Of a DNA stretch of 64,000 nucleotides, positions 11,481 to 24,445 are shown in pieces. How positions within the stretch are numbered: the first letter of the stretch is position 1; the number at the start of each line of letters is the position of its first letter. The notes beneath the pieces are model-generated. The model worked only from the letters and a program-made list of their open reading frames with translations, was not told where the DNA came from and made no database searches. The position numbers were made by a program, and so were the translations under genes. This DNA comes from Antedon mediterranea. Its lineage: Eukaryota; Animalia; Echinodermata. The stretch spans positions 9,316,422 to 9,380,421 of the forward strand of contig NC_092678.1 of the NCBI RefSeq assembly GCF_964355755.1, in the 5' to 3' direction.

Positions 11481-12712
11481 GGTTATCCACACTTGGCGGA
11501 TAACCCCTTGATATTGTCAGGATCTTATTCTTTAATTCCACGAATGTTGCAATATGTATCTCTAACTCTTGTAACCTAACATTGTTTAACTTTGTCAGAA
11601 GATTGACTTCTAACTGTAGTGTGCAAGAAACTTCAGAGTCGCGCAGCATAAGTTAAGTGCGATTTATTAAATTGATGGTTGATCATAAATTCTGAACCAC
11701 AACATTTTTTTTAATGAAATTTTACAAAAGTAAACTTCATAATATGGCCGAGCAATTTTTTAGATGATAAAATTAGTGTGCTACGCAAGAAAATATGCGA
11801 ACAGTTTAAAAATGCGCACAATTAATTTCTAATCAATTTTTTGTACATTTCAGGCCATTTTGAGAATTTCAAAATTTGTGGCACATGCAAGTGAAATCGA
11901 ACATAAGTCACACGTGTAGATTTGGAGAAACAGCCAAAAACAATGAAAGACTGAAAAATTACATTTTTTTTATTTTTATAGAAAATGATAGCTGAAACAA
12001 TATTTATTTACATTACCTTGGTGTTTTTCTATTTTGAGACAACTGAATAAATACAATTTAACATTTTGTGTTAATGAGTTCCCCATTTTCTCCTAGATTT
12101 TAATATGTTCTAAATCAAATTTATTTTTATTACGTCATCATACCAAAAAATTATAATAATGTGAGTTCCTTAATTTCATCTATTCAATATATTTTAATCT
12201 GTTATAGCTCATCGGAATGAAAAGTGACCCACATGATTAAAACTTATTATGGAAGCTGTTGAATTGTAGATGAATTCATATAAAAATGTTGTCTATCTGA
12301 TGAAATATGACGTCATATCATATGGCCAGTTGAATTCAAAAAGTCTGATTTTCATCTCTTTTGTAAAAGTTCATCATGTTTAAAAGAGAGCGCAACTCAA
12401 TTTTACGTGCCCAAAAATGTAATTAGATTATTATCTTCTATCATGTTTCATTTGATGACGTCATGTTAAAAATTGTAATAAAAGATGGGTTTTGTAATTT
12501 CTTTTATGCTACACTGTATATATACAATATTCAGTGTATTCCATAAAACTGTTATGCTTTATGACACAAAATAGTTACAGCACTGTAAACATATTTAATT
12601 TGTGTCATAGGATGGCATAATAATTGACGCCATTCATATTTTAACGTATGTGCATGTTGCGTTTTGCACGGATAACCCAAACTCGTCAAAGAAGATGAGT
12701 TCAAATCTAGTT
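11481..12712 (+). mobile_element. Helentron-associated non-autonomous element (HINE/DINE-like); a truncated second head follows at 12713-~12755
   Basis: 5' hairpin GGTTATCC...GGATAACC after a T run; 3' sub-terminal copy GGATAACC at ~12670; stem-loop AACTCGTC/GATGAGTT; end CTAGTT. Confidence 0.6.
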
Positions 12713-13252
12713 GGTTATCCGCTCTTGGCGGATAACCCCTTGTTATTGTCAGGATAAAGGACATCTCTAGGTGGTCGAAATTGGTACTCTTGCACATGAA
12801 ATTCATGATAAAATGGCACCTCCCACTAGTCTGGTTGGCATCAGCAAAACGATTGTACTTTTTCTGCCGGTATACAATATCTTTTTCCTTTGTTAGAGGT
12901 GGGAACCATCGATTGTCATACAGTCAATGGTTTTGTTTTGTTTTGCGTTAGTTATTCCCCTACCTTATTGACACATTACTACAGGTGTGATGAAACATTG
13001 ACCTGACTTGCATGTTGATGTAATAATGTGATTCGAATTCCATGAGCTTCTTCTTTTTAGAGAGGGATTATTTCTAGTTTTAGGTTAAGTAATATGAGGC
13101 CTGACATCAGAAAAGCGGCGCATAGTCGCAACTCCAACTTTTAAGATATTTTGCCTAGAAGTTCACAATGTGAAAACAATTGATAAAATTCTGTGTTTTC
13201 TATTATTGTCTTCCTTTTTCAATGAGAAAGATCTTTCAATTATTCATTTTAG

Positions 13253-13326
13253 GCAACAAAAAATCCATTTTATTTGCGAGTTGGTAGTGAAATTCTTCAA
13301 AGTATTGAAAAGCATTCAAGAACCAA
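13253..13326 (+). CDS. EDEM1: EDEM1 (ER degradation-enhancing alpha-mannosidase-like 1, GH47) internal exon
   Basis: AG|GCAACA...ACCAA|GTAAGT encodes ATKNPFYLRVGSEILQSIEKHSRT, matching EDEM1 ATKNPFYLHVG; phase 2 joins the next exon. Confidence 0.9.
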
Positions 13327-13656
13327 GTAAGTCTGATAACAAGACAGTACTAAAAATCTTGCCCATTTAGCTTGGATATATACACTGCTCTCAGTGTTTG
13401 TCATTTATTCAATGCATTGTCATTATACACTAACATTAGTATTTCAGAGGTCTGTAAAGCCTTATTTTGCTCACCACAAATGTAGTACTTTATACTTTGG
13501 TCTTTGCACAAATCCAAGCACCATCCCTGATGTAACAAATATATAAGTCGGCCATTACCAACTTTTATAAAAGCCTCAGTTAACCTGAACTATAGTTTTG
13601 TTGGTACATTTATTTTATTTATCTTTACTTATTTTTATTTATGTTTATTTTTATAG

Positions 13657-13753
13657 TTGTGGATATGCCACTTTGCACAACGTTGTTGACAAAACACATG
13701 AAGACAGAATGGAAAGTTTCTTTTTAAGTGAAACATGTAAATATCTATTTTTG
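13657..13753 (+). CDS. EDEM1: EDEM1 internal exon
   Basis: TAG|T TGT...TTG|GTGAG encodes [32 protein letters not shown], the GH47 [14 protein letters not shown] motif in EDEM1-type context. Confidence 0.95.
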
Positions 13754-14095
13754 GTGAGAAAACCTCTTATAATCATGTACATACCCTATGTTGCTTTTTC
13801 AATGTTTTTTGTTATATAGGCCCTGTTCAGACCCATGCGTTTTTGCATACTGTAAGCTAAAAATGTGTCTGAACAGTTGGGGATTACCGTATGACGCGTA
13901 GTATAAATGGAAAACGGTTGACAGTACCGTTTTAGCGTTCGATGAGATCTAGACCTACACAGTAAAAAATCTGTGCACTATGGGCAAGTTATTGCAAATT
14001 TGTGTAAAAATATTCCCATTATCTCTGCCAATGGGGTTATATTTTTGTCTGCAAATTTTGTTGTGCGTTTGTGAGCAAGGTAACAGAAAAACTAA

Positions 14096-14852
14096 GGGGC
14101 CTGTTTCTATTGAGCAGAAAATACGGTTTTGAATACCGTTCTTTTCAAGAACGAGTTTTTCTTGCCAGCAGAAATGGGTCTCCACAAAAAAGAATTGATC
14201 TTAAAAACGGTTTAAAAAACCCGAATTAATTCCTATCTCGATCGCAAAGAACCGTTCTGAAACCGGTTTCTGTGGAGTAATTTTTAGCAACACAATCGAG
14301 GTCTCAATTTGACCCCAAGAACTGAACTCTGCTGCACTGGGACGATTGCGGTCAACTCGCAGCGATAGGACCAACAGTAGGCCTAGTCATTTTCATTTGT
14401 CTAGATATAGTGAGTATTTTATTTAACTAAAAAATGTGGACCTATATGCAATTACGAGGTTCGTAATAAATATGTGGGGAGAAGAAAAAATGAGGGGGAG
14501 GCTAGCCAGGAGTCGGAGAAGACTCACATGAATATTGTAAAGCGTGTGAAAGACGAGTTCAACTTATCGGAGGGTGCAACATACCTATACTTTAACCAAG
14601 GCATTTCAGATAATAATGACAGGCTTAATGGATGCAATGCTTGGGATCGCGCTATGCGAAAAAAATAAACATGACCTCGATTTAATTGCGCTTCAGCCTA
14701 ACGAACCGCATTGTGGTATATAATGACATAACAAACAACAAACAAACGCACATGGACGGAACCGGTTTATTGGAGTAAAAATTGAGCTGTAATGCGATCT
14801 TTATTTATAAAAAAAAAAAACGTTCTTTTTATTTTTCAATAGAAACAGGCCC
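14096..14852. mobile_element. PIF/Harbinger-type MITE in an EDEM1 intron
   Basis: TIR GGGCCTGTTTCTATTGA / TCAATAGAAACAGGCCC flanked by TAA on both sides. Confidence 0.8.
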
Positions 14853-15181
14853 TAAAAGACGGATATTAACCACATTTAAACCACTGATAGATGGTCACAA
14901 ACAACTCCATTCAATTTTGGGGGAAATCTGGACAAAGATCTCAATTCTCGACCACTTTTTAATATTTACTAATTTTAAATGGATCTTTTTTTAAATGACT
15001 GAAATTTATATAGCTACAAAATGATTGTAATGAGGCAATCCAGATCCGGATCCCTATCATTTTTAATTTTGGAAGTTAGCTCTTGTCGGAGGTGTGTAAT
15101 CTCTGATTGCTCTTGTTTAAATCTAGTATTGTTACTCAGAATGAACGGTAACCCACATATTTTTCTTTATTTTTATTAATA

Positions 15182-15277
15182 CAGTACTATAACTCTCCCA
15201 CTACTGGACACCTTTGAGCTTGGGCATTAAGAATAGTCTGGTTTTGAGAGGGTTTCCGGTATTGGGAGAGTCTACTG
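15182..15277. mobile_element. Short Tc1/pogo-type MITE
   Basis: TA|CAGTA...ACTCTCCCA and TGGGAGAGTCTACTG|TA imperfect TIRs with TA flanks. Confidence 0.6.
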
Positions 15278-15442
15278 TATAAAATTCTAAAATAGGAGAT
15301 TATCCCACAAAATGAATCTTACTTAAAAAAATTAAGTACCCCCATATAGAATTTTGTTAAATGACATCTCTAGATGGCCAAAAATTATGCTTTCACACTA
15401 ATATTCATAATAATTTGTATTTATTTTTTTATCAAATGTTAG

Positions 15443-15604
15443 TTATTTGATGTTGATAATCATGTGAACAAAGAAAGCAATAAATATATATTTACAACTG
15501 AAGGTCATATACTACCAGTACTAAAAAGGGGTAAAGTTGATGTAACTATACGTCAGAATGATCATTGGAAGACATGTATTCGACCAGGAACAAACGAAAC
15601 AGAT
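15443..15604 (+). CDS. EDEM1: EDEM1 penultimate coding exon
   Basis: AG|TTATTTGAT...GAT|GTAAGT, 162 bp, phase 0-0; LFDVDNHVNKESNKYIFTTEGHILPV (GH47 FTTEGH motif). Confidence 0.93.
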
Positions 15605-15837
15605 GTAAGTATAATCTTTAATACTATAAACGACATTCATTGTTTTACGGTGTATATTATACCACTCATGTCAACAGTGGAAGCAGAACGTACATTGCAA
15701 TATCAGTATAGTAGTCTGAAGGCTAAATGCGGCTCTCAAGGCGCCTCCCCTTTTTGAAAAGTGTAAACAAATTTGTTCATTTCCTTTTTCTGCTATACAT
15801 ACAAACAAATTATTTTCTATTAATCAATTTGTTTCAG

Positions 15838-15924
15838 TGTGCAAGTTTTCCTGATGAAAGAAGATATTTTTTGCCTATGAAAACACAGTATTTGGAACAA
15901 ATCGACCGTCTTATTGGTTTATGA
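15838..15924 (+). CDS. EDEM1: EDEM1 last coding exon
   Basis: CAG|TGT...TGA; CASFPDERRYFLPMKTQYLEQIDRLIGL* matches the EDEM1 C-terminus (PDERRYSLPLK...QIDQMVGL). Confidence 0.93.
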   Translation, partial: CASFPDERRYFLPMKTQYLEQIDRLIGL

Positions 15925-16799
15925 TGAAGACTATAGGGTTGTTTTTAAAAATGTTATATACCAATTTATGTTTTTATAGTTATTATACACATACAGATAA
16001 GCTGACAATCAAAATTACCTTGTTTTTTATATTGTCACAATATCATTGTCTGACTATTTCAATAATAGTTATAAATATTTTCATTAAGGTGATCTTCGCA
16101 AGGATCAAATGCTAACCAGGCACCTTTTCAGGTTTCAGGTGCAGGTTGACCATCCTATTTGTGTATTTTTGTTATTGTACAAATCTTGGTCTGTCAAGTC
16201 AACTTTGTCATAATCAAAATTTTGAGATATGTTTTGTATCATTTCAAGGAGAATCATAATAGTGATAAATAGTTAAATAAATATAATACAAATTACTATT
16301 TTTTGAAATTTTGATTAAATAAATGACATGCCATGTACAGATTAAAATCGTTTAATACCATCTTCACATAGACACATGTATGCAGTAGAACCCATCCGCT
16401 GGGAAACCTAAATTAAGAAAGAACATTTTTCCCATCACAAAAACAACAAAGAAGACCAAATAATTATGTTCATTTATGTCATAATACAAAAATGGATATC
16501 ATAATTATAATAATTATGATAATGAGGCTTTGATAATGTGTACTTTTTATGGATTTACATTGTTTACAGTGGTAAAATGTTGGCTACTAAATTTAAATTT
16601 CTCAATTTACTTTTATTCATTTCATATTCAAATGATCAATACTGTAAAATGATTTTATACTTCTTCATAATATGATTTTTCATTCATCATTCACACATCA
16701 TTCATTTTTGCATGTATGTTATATTATATTAACCCTGTTAATGGTGACGTATGGTCACTGTAAGGTGAACAAATATATAAAATAAGGAAATATAGTCTT

Positions 16800-17190
16800 G
16801 AGCTGCTCTTTGTTAAGTAATTTACATGGGATCGCCACGACAGATCAATCCGTATAATAATGCCTAAACCTAGTAGAATTTCACATTTTAATTATATCGG
16901 AGAAAAGGAAGATTTGTTTTTACCCTTACAATGACTAGTATCTCGACTGTTAAGGATCATTTTATTGTCCGAAGACCATTCGCAGATAGAATCGGTAAAC
17001 ATTTGGAAATTAGTGTGGACTTTTTAGGAATTCTTTCGGACAAAGAAGCGTCATATATGTACATAACAAGTTTAGCTTACGGTACTTATCGGGAGTGCGT
17101 GCTACAATGGTGTAAAGACGTGTTTTTAATAGTGGAGCACCAAAAGTTCCTGCAGAATCAAAACAGGGTGGCAGGCCTAAATATCTATAC
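16800..17190 (-). pseudogene. Highly decayed CR1/L2-like RT fragment
   Basis: Minus strand reads ...AGTFGAPLL, a degenerate YxDD (YIYD) and FQMFTDSICEWSSDNKMILN across shifting frames. Confidence 0.45.
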
Positions 17191-17372
17191 AATCTTGCAA
17201 AATAATAATCATAAATTTTTTCCATTGATGTATTTGAAAAAAAATCACTATGGAAACTGAAAAACAAGACAATCAAATCACTTACCACCTGAGATCGACA
17301 AGGGCGGACACTGATGAAAGTGAACCGGTGGCCAGGAATTGGAGCAGCTCACCCGTCCAATTCAATACTTAA

Positions 17373-17921
17373 AGATGTATTGTCCCTTTGACTAATTCCC
17401 CCAAATTTTATTTTTATATTTCGAAAAAAAAACTGGGTCATTTTGAAGTATCATAATAGTTATTAACTTTCACCAAAAATTAGTTGAATAAATAATGATT
17501 TAACCGAAATACGGACGTTTTTTTTGTTAAAAAAATAACTTTGACTTCCATTCAAAGTTTTTTCGATCAAAACATATCTCATAATGCAACGCGCTTGTTT
17601 GGCTACTCTGTATGCATAATCATAAACTTCCTCGCGATCTGTGTGAAAACACCTTCTCAACCGCGACGAGTTGTAAACAATCCTGCACACTTTGATGCAT
17701 CATGCATACTCGTGGTTTGAAATCTTTGTTTACTTTCGTTCGTGACGATTTTCCAGACGAAATGTAATCAAACTAATTTACCTGGTAACTACGTAAACTT
17801 GTTTGTTTTTACCTCAAATTTTCGATTTAAAGTGAATAACTTTAATATTACGGTACTTTGATATGGCCAATTTAAATTTAGAATATTTTTATTTTTATTT
17901 TGTTAGTTTCAAGGGACAATA
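17373..17921. mobile_element. Kolobok-type MITE, right terminus eroded
   Basis: TTAA|AGATGTATTGTCCCTTTG at left and inverted CAAGGGACAATA at right. Confidence 0.5.
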
Positions 17922-17969
17922 AAAAATGTAATAATAATGATCATCCGAAAGTTATAGTCAATGGATAAA

Positions 17970-18487
17970 CAAGTGTGCACAGAATAGCCTAAAATCGCAC
18001 TTGGAAACGTGTTAGACCATTTTGAGCATTTCAACAAAACTTTTTCACACAAAACATCAAAGTGTACAGAATAGCTTAATATCGTATTTGGAAACGTTTT
18101 GGACCATTTTTGAGCATTTCGACGAAACTTTTTCATACAAAACATCAAAGTGCACGAAATAGCTTAAAATCGCATTTGAACATGTTTTTGACCATCTTTA
18201 GTATTTCGACATCAAATGTTTATACAAAAACATCAAAGTGCACAGAATCGCTTAAAATCCCATTTTGAAACGTTTTAGACCATTTCAAACATTTCGATAA
18301 AACTTTTTCACACAAAAACATTAAAGAGCAAAAACGTCTTCAAAACGCATTTGGAGACGTTTTAACCATTTTGATTATTTAGACAAAACTTTTTCACACA
18401 AAAACATGAAAGTGCACAAAATAGCTTAAAATCGCATTCGAACATGTTTTAGACCACCTTTAGTATTTCGACAAAACTTTTTCATAT
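17970..18487. repeat. ~88-bp tandem satellite, ~6 diverged units
   Basis: Unit AAAGTGCACAGAATAGCTTAAAATCGCATTTGGAAACGTTTTAGACCATTTT...; same family at 40680-41800. Confidence 0.9.
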
Positions 18488-19069
18488 AGTCCGGTCAAAC
18501 TACGGTTTGACCTAGACAAAATTAAAACCAAATTTATTTTTGTTGTAGGTACTTCCTACGACAATCTGAACAACATAGAAAATATGGAGATGAAGAAAAA
18601 TTGCTAAATTGCATAAAACTAAAATGGCCGTTTTCTCTCAATTTTACACCCAAATATCAGTATTAAAGCATCCGATTTTGGCAAATATTTGTTCAACCAC
18701 AGTCATTAAAATATATATTTTGCAAGAAACTATCGTTGGAGATACTGTAATACAAATAAATTGTTCAATTTTTAAAAATTCAAGATGGTAAATATACTTC
18801 AAAATGGCTGCCATTTTTCTCAAAGGGAAAAGTTTGAGAAAGATGTATAGTTATCCTCTTAATTTTAGCTTTAAAGCAGAAATGTCAACACCTATTTGAG
18901 TATTTGAGATGATTGTTTAGGTATAATAAAATATATATTAAGTTTTTCGAAATTTGTTATGCAATAAATAAATAATATTATCACTCTCATTGTAACTTAA
19001 AATAAATCAAAATAAATGTAACAAGAAATATTTCTTACAAAAAACGCCGCGTAACTTTTTGACTGGACA
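18488..19069. mobile_element. Possible non-autonomous DNA transposon with TAGTCC-type termini
   Basis: TAGTCCGGTCAA at left, TTGACTGGACA at right (imperfect). Confidence 0.35.
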
Positions 19070-19566
19070 GTTGTAAGAACAGTCTTCATTAATCTAATAT
19101 AATAGGTCGGCCAATCAAAACGCAAGTGAACAATTGGGACTTTACTTGTGATTTATGTCATTGGCCTGTCAGCACAGTCGTTTCTTTCTAGAATTAAACG
19201 CACAAATTTGTATTGGCAATAATGTATATGGTTATTACTATCGCATTTAGGTATTGATAATAATAATAATATGGCTTTTGAATATATAATTACTGTCTGT
19301 AGAATAACATTTATACATTTTCGGTTCGCGATGAAAAGTTATATGAATGGATTTTTAATAGGTATTTATAATAATAGTATATGGGTTGCATTATTGCTAA
19401 GCTATCACCAAATCGCGTTATAACATTATTTCTCAGGGTTTTTTGCACCATTGATCAATACCAAACGCGTATCGGTATTATAGTTTTTAATGAATCATTA
19501 CATTAATAAAAATACCCAATTAAATCAATCGCGTCAGTCCAATTCCGACTTATGTTTCGATCACAT

Positions 19567-19725
19567 AGTTCTGTGTCTACACTGTCCCAACTAGTTTAAC
19601 AAAAAAAGTGTGATGTGCCCAAATATGGTAGTGATATGCCCGATTATCGTAGTGATATGACATCGTCATGTCTATATAATATGGGCACATCATATTTTAT
19701 TTAGTTTGATAGTATAGACAGAGCT
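19567..19725. mobile_element. Small palindromic MITE
   Basis: Imperfect TIRs AGTTCTGTGTCTACACT / AGTATAGACAGAGCT and internal inverted GATGTGCCCA / TGGGCACATC. Confidence 0.6.
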
Positions 19726-19751
19726 TAAGGATTATATTTAAAAAATGTTTT

Positions 19752-19975
19752 CTTACATTTTGAACGGAAGTATTTATTTGTTTATAAGCCCAATTTTCCA
19801 GTCTTAATTTTACATTTTGAAAAAAAGTATTTTATTTGTTGATAAGCCCAACTGTGCAGTCTTATTTTACATTTTGAACGAAAGTATTTATTTGTTGATA
19901 AGCCCAATTTTGCAGTCTTATTTTACATTTTAAACGAAAGTATTTATTTGTTGATAAGCCGAATTTTCCAGTTTA
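19752..19975. repeat. ~57-59-bp tandem repeat (4 units), with further copies at ~20145 and 20510-20670
   Basis: Unit TTACATTTTGAACGAAAGTATTTATTTGTTGATAAGCCCAATTTTGCAGTCTTATT. Confidence 0.85.
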
Positions 19976-21022
19976 ATAATAATGACCCCTTCCACAGTGC
20001 TTATACCATATACATTTTACATGATATTGACCGTGGGTTCTTTACGCCTCTGATGCATTTGTTTTTATTGTACCTTTTTAATAAATTATTATATGTTTAG
20101 GCCTAATCACACCCAATTTAATGAAACGGTCAGATTCCGATTTCAATTGAACGAAAGTAGTACTGTATTTATTATTCATTGATAAGCCAAGGGTCCCATG
20201 GCGTTAGCCGATATCTTGAGCATTTGACTCTTGTAACACAAATCATTCTTCAAAATCTAAAGAAAGAACCTCACACGTCTTTTTTGTGAGTGATACACTA
20301 TGGATATGCCCACGGAAATAATATGTGGACATTGCAAACAATCATAGGCCTACAGTAACAAACATAACATGGCTAATAAGCATAACATTCAGACTTGCTT
20401 GTTTTCTAGTGGATTTTTATTTACTTTAGCATGTAGAATAAAACTAGTAACAGTGGCTATATTAATAATTATACTGATTATCCTTGATGTTATCGCGTCT
20501 AATAATAAAATATTTTGTTGTTGATAAGCCCAATTTTTCAGCCTTGATTTTACATTTTGAACGAAAGTATTTATTTGTTGATAAGCCCAATTTTGCAGTC
20601 TTAATAATGACCCTTCCACAGTGCATTTTACATGATATTGACCGAGGGTTTTTACGCCTCTATAGGCACTGATCAATACCATAATTAATGTACTTTTTTA
20701 AATGAATATTGAAATGTTTCAACACTCCCAGATTTCCTCATCTTTATCGTTTCAAAAATTAATTAAATAATTTTCAGTGTATCACCGGGCGGTTTGGAAT
20801 TTATTTCTATGCCTGTTGTGTTATGAATTCACCAACACTTTCAGGCCCGGGGCCGAGTTGTAGACCAGACTTCCATGCACAGCCACATGTTAAGGAATAT
20901 GAATCTCTTTATGATTTTAATATGGTTCGAAATGATATTACACAACAACGATTAGACAGCAACTGTGCAAGAGTCAAACTAATAAAATCGGAATGATCAA
21001 TTAATTGAACATTTACAGCATA

Positions 21023-21383
21023 AGGCCCATACACTAGGACGATAACGATCGACGATAAATAGACAAATGTGCATTTTTAATACATAAACCAAAAGAAATA
21101 TAAAAAATTCCTTTGATGAAAATTATATTTTCACACGTCCAATCAAATGACGTCATGATTAGTAAGACCAATAATATCGTGACAATACAGCGATTTTATT
21201 GTTTTTATTTATCATGACGTCATTTGATTGGAATTTGAAAAACATTATTTTTATCAAAGACAGCATAAATGATTATCCTATAGGTCTAGAACGAAAACCT
21301 TTCTAATTTCTTTTGGTTTATGTAAAAAAAATGCATGCTATATATTTATCGTCTGTCGTTATCATCATAGTGTAATTGGGCCT
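21023..21383. mobile_element. Fold-back (almost fully palindromic) Harbinger-like MITE
   Basis: TIR AGGCCCA..TACACTA..ACGATAACGA / TCGTTATC..TAGTGTA..TGGGCCT; internal CCAATCAAATGACGTCATGAT and its reverse complement. Confidence 0.75.
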
Positions 21384-22782
21384 TTATACAAAAAAAATAA
21401 ATTGATTACGAAGTTACATGTCATTTTCACCTATCACCAAAAAACTAACCTTTTCAAAACTAATTAATTGTTACGAAGCCAATTTATATTATATATTTCA
21501 TTAAAACTGAACTTTACGGTAAATGAAGAGTAAGTATCAGTTAATAGGAATAATATAACTAGTAGGTCTATGAACTTGCGTCCAGACACAGAACTGTGAC
21601 ATTACTATCATAAATGTTGAAACCACTTATAAAACCTTTTTTTAAAGAAAATATAATTGTGTTAGGAGAAGGCTAATAAACAAATAGATAATGTTCAAAC
21701 CTTTTTCTGGATTAATTAATGGAGCAGGCGTTCCTAATAATCTTCTGTAGACTGATTGTTCACCTTCTGACGATAATTGATTGGACCCCCCACGGCATCT
21801 GATAACCAACAAAAAATTTACGAGGACTGTTTCAATGATTTAATATCTGACGGCGTATTATTATAACATTGGCCTAGATTGAAAGTCAAAGAAAGTCATT
21901 GTAAATACCTCCCTTTATGTTGACAGAGCCAAAATAAAGTTTTGACCATTATCGAATGATTATTTGACAGTGACTTATTATAATACCGCCCTGGTTGACA
22001 GCAAAAACGAAGTTATTATTTATTGATCAAGATTTTACAGATTTCCGTCTACATCTCAATAATACTGTATTATCAGCAAAGGCTTTCATATAGACTCTCT
22101 TCTCCCAGACGTTTTTTGGGTCCAGCAGCTACCTATAAATTATAGTCGAGTTTCCAAATTCACAAAACTGTCAGCCTTAGATACTAAAGCTACCGCTATG
22201 AAACAGCTTATTAATGAATGTGTCCTCCTGGGACATAGCTGGCTAGAGCCGCGGCGCGAAAATAACAAAAATTAATGTAGTCTAGTAAATACACAACATA
22301 GTCTACCGCCACCAACGGTTAGACTTGCTATCAAAACCAAAGAGATAGTGTCACTATCTTTGTCAAAACATAGCCAGTAGTAGGATAGGAGAGGCTAGAG
22401 TAGTATTAGCCGCCCGCCGTGCACGTGACGTGCCCGCCGGGAACTCCACCTTTGTGGTCCTTTGTCGGGTCTTCGACGGTATGCTAACAATAACAATATT
22501 TTCACTACTATAAAAAATAAGGAAATGCGATATTATCTTTAATTTTGAATCATTCTTAGAAATTACTATAAAAATATGGGTGTGCATGATTTCACAATCT
22601 GTCGAAAAAAACCTTGCGCAATTTGCAGATTACTTGCGCAATTTAATACGTTGCTTGCGCAATTTGAAACAGATGTTTCAATTCAAATTGCGCAAGGAAT
22701 TCTTTGCGCAATTTTAAATTGCGCAAATCGTTCAAATCGTGCATAACAAGTAGGCCTACATGAAAAAGCCAATCCTCGCAAA

Positions 22783-24180
22783 ATGTATTCCGATTTCGAA
22801 GAAGAAACTTTTCCGTTAGAAATTCAGCCATACCACAATATGAGCCTTTGAGAAAGGCTGGGGAATTTGAAAATTATCTTCCGATGAGGAAGAAGAAGAC
22901 GATGTTGAGGCAGAAGGAAGGGAGGAAAGAGAAGGAAATTTAACATGGTATGTTTAAATAGGCTACTCGGGAGCGGGCTCGGGAGGCTACTGTAGCCTAT
23001 CAATTAGCTAGCATCGGCTCCGTCATAGGCGCGGCCTAGGCCTACGTTATATTTGTTAGTTATACCGATCGTAAAACAGTCTTTAAATCTTCCTTATTGC
23101 TGTTTTTATAATAAAATCATTTTAATACTGTATTATTCGTTAGTTAGCTAAGTAACTGTTATGTGTAGCCTTTTCACAATTGTGATTCACCAAAAAAAAA
23201 AACAAATCACGGCCATACATATGCGGCCTGCGAGGAAGGTAGTGGGAAAGACATTTTGTTTTGGATCAAATTTGTTGATTTTACTAGGCTTTTGAGTATA
23301 TTTACTGTAATAAAATGTAATTATTTTTTTCGTAATTATAGGCCTGCTACACTCTATAATACTAAGGCCAATACTAATAGGCTAGCCACAGTAATAGGCT
23401 TATTCTATTTCTACAAGGCTAGCTACAGTACAGAAGCCTAGCTTTTATTTGGGGCTTTTTTGGTGGGATTGGGAAGACCTTGCTTATATTGATTTTCATC
23501 TATTAATTAGTATAGTAACAGTATATAGTATATATTTGAGTGCTGTAATGTTGATTCTATGCAGGTGCAAGTGCTCACATTGTACAGCAACAACTGCTGT
23601 TGAGTCTGTATGTTGTTATGAGACAGAGGAGATGGTAGAGAAAATGGGGGAGCAAGCGGTTGGATGCATAACACAGCATACCGGGTTCAAAAACAACTGT
23701 CTGGACCGCGATGTTCTTCTGGCATTATGTTAAACAGGAAGGTCTATTTGACGATGATCATCCAGTGAATCAGTAAGTTTGAGTAAATACTATATTTGAA
23801 TTAACGCTCAACAGTTTGTAAGTATAACAGTATTGTAGTGGAAATCAGATTTTTAATGACAAAACTGACAACATTAAATTAACAAATTCAATAAACCAAC
23901 TACCGACCCAAAGGTCCGGCAAGTTTCCATAAAAACAATGCAACTTCTTGTCTTGTAATGAGACATTAAAGATGGTAAATTTATTTTGTTAACTAATCAC
24001 AATTTTCTTTATGTTTTCAGACTATATCGCCATGTTGCCTACCGGAGGTTTACAACTTGGATATGGAAGCTACTTGGGAAGGGCAAAAGAAAAATACTTC
24101 CGTCTTGCGTAGTGTCAACTATTAGGAATGTATTTCCTGCGCAACAATATGTAGGCTTTAAATATCCCAAAATTCCATGA
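22783..24180 (+). pseudogene. Spliced P2X7 cytoplasmic ballast-domain-like (KolX/nanor-like) zinc protein; exons 22783-22947, 23565-23772, 24021-24180; frameshifted
   Basis: IQPY.YEP + acidic tract, W|CKCSHC...ESVCCYE...CITQHTGFKNNCL, YRHVAYRRFTTWIWKLLGKGKRKILPSCVVSTIRNVFP..YVGFK; GT-AG introns with compatible phases. Confidence 0.85.
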
Positions 24181-24445
24181 CTAATTAGCACATTGTACAG
24201 TCACATTGTACAGTTGCATAGATTGGAAATCCACCAGTTTCACCAAAGTTCAGTTCCTACAATTAAAACAATAAACAAAAGAGTTATTTAGTTAAGTTTA
24301 TTCATGATTGAGGATAAAGAAAAAAAATTTTGAAAACTATTTTTATAAGTTTATACTGACAAGAACATATATAATTACTGTATGTTTCGCCATGTGTATT
24401 GTAAGACATGCAAATAAGGACTTTGTTACCTTGATTATTAAAATG

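Noticed and set aside
13170-13819. ORF-track proteins 13170-13370 and 13598-13819 as independent genes
   Set aside because: They overlap EDEM1 exons (the first in the wrong frame) plus intron sequence.
17970-19975. CRISPR-like appearance of the 88-bp and ~58-bp arrays
   Set aside because: Whole units repeat with no unique spacers, there are no cas genes, and the context is eukaryotic.
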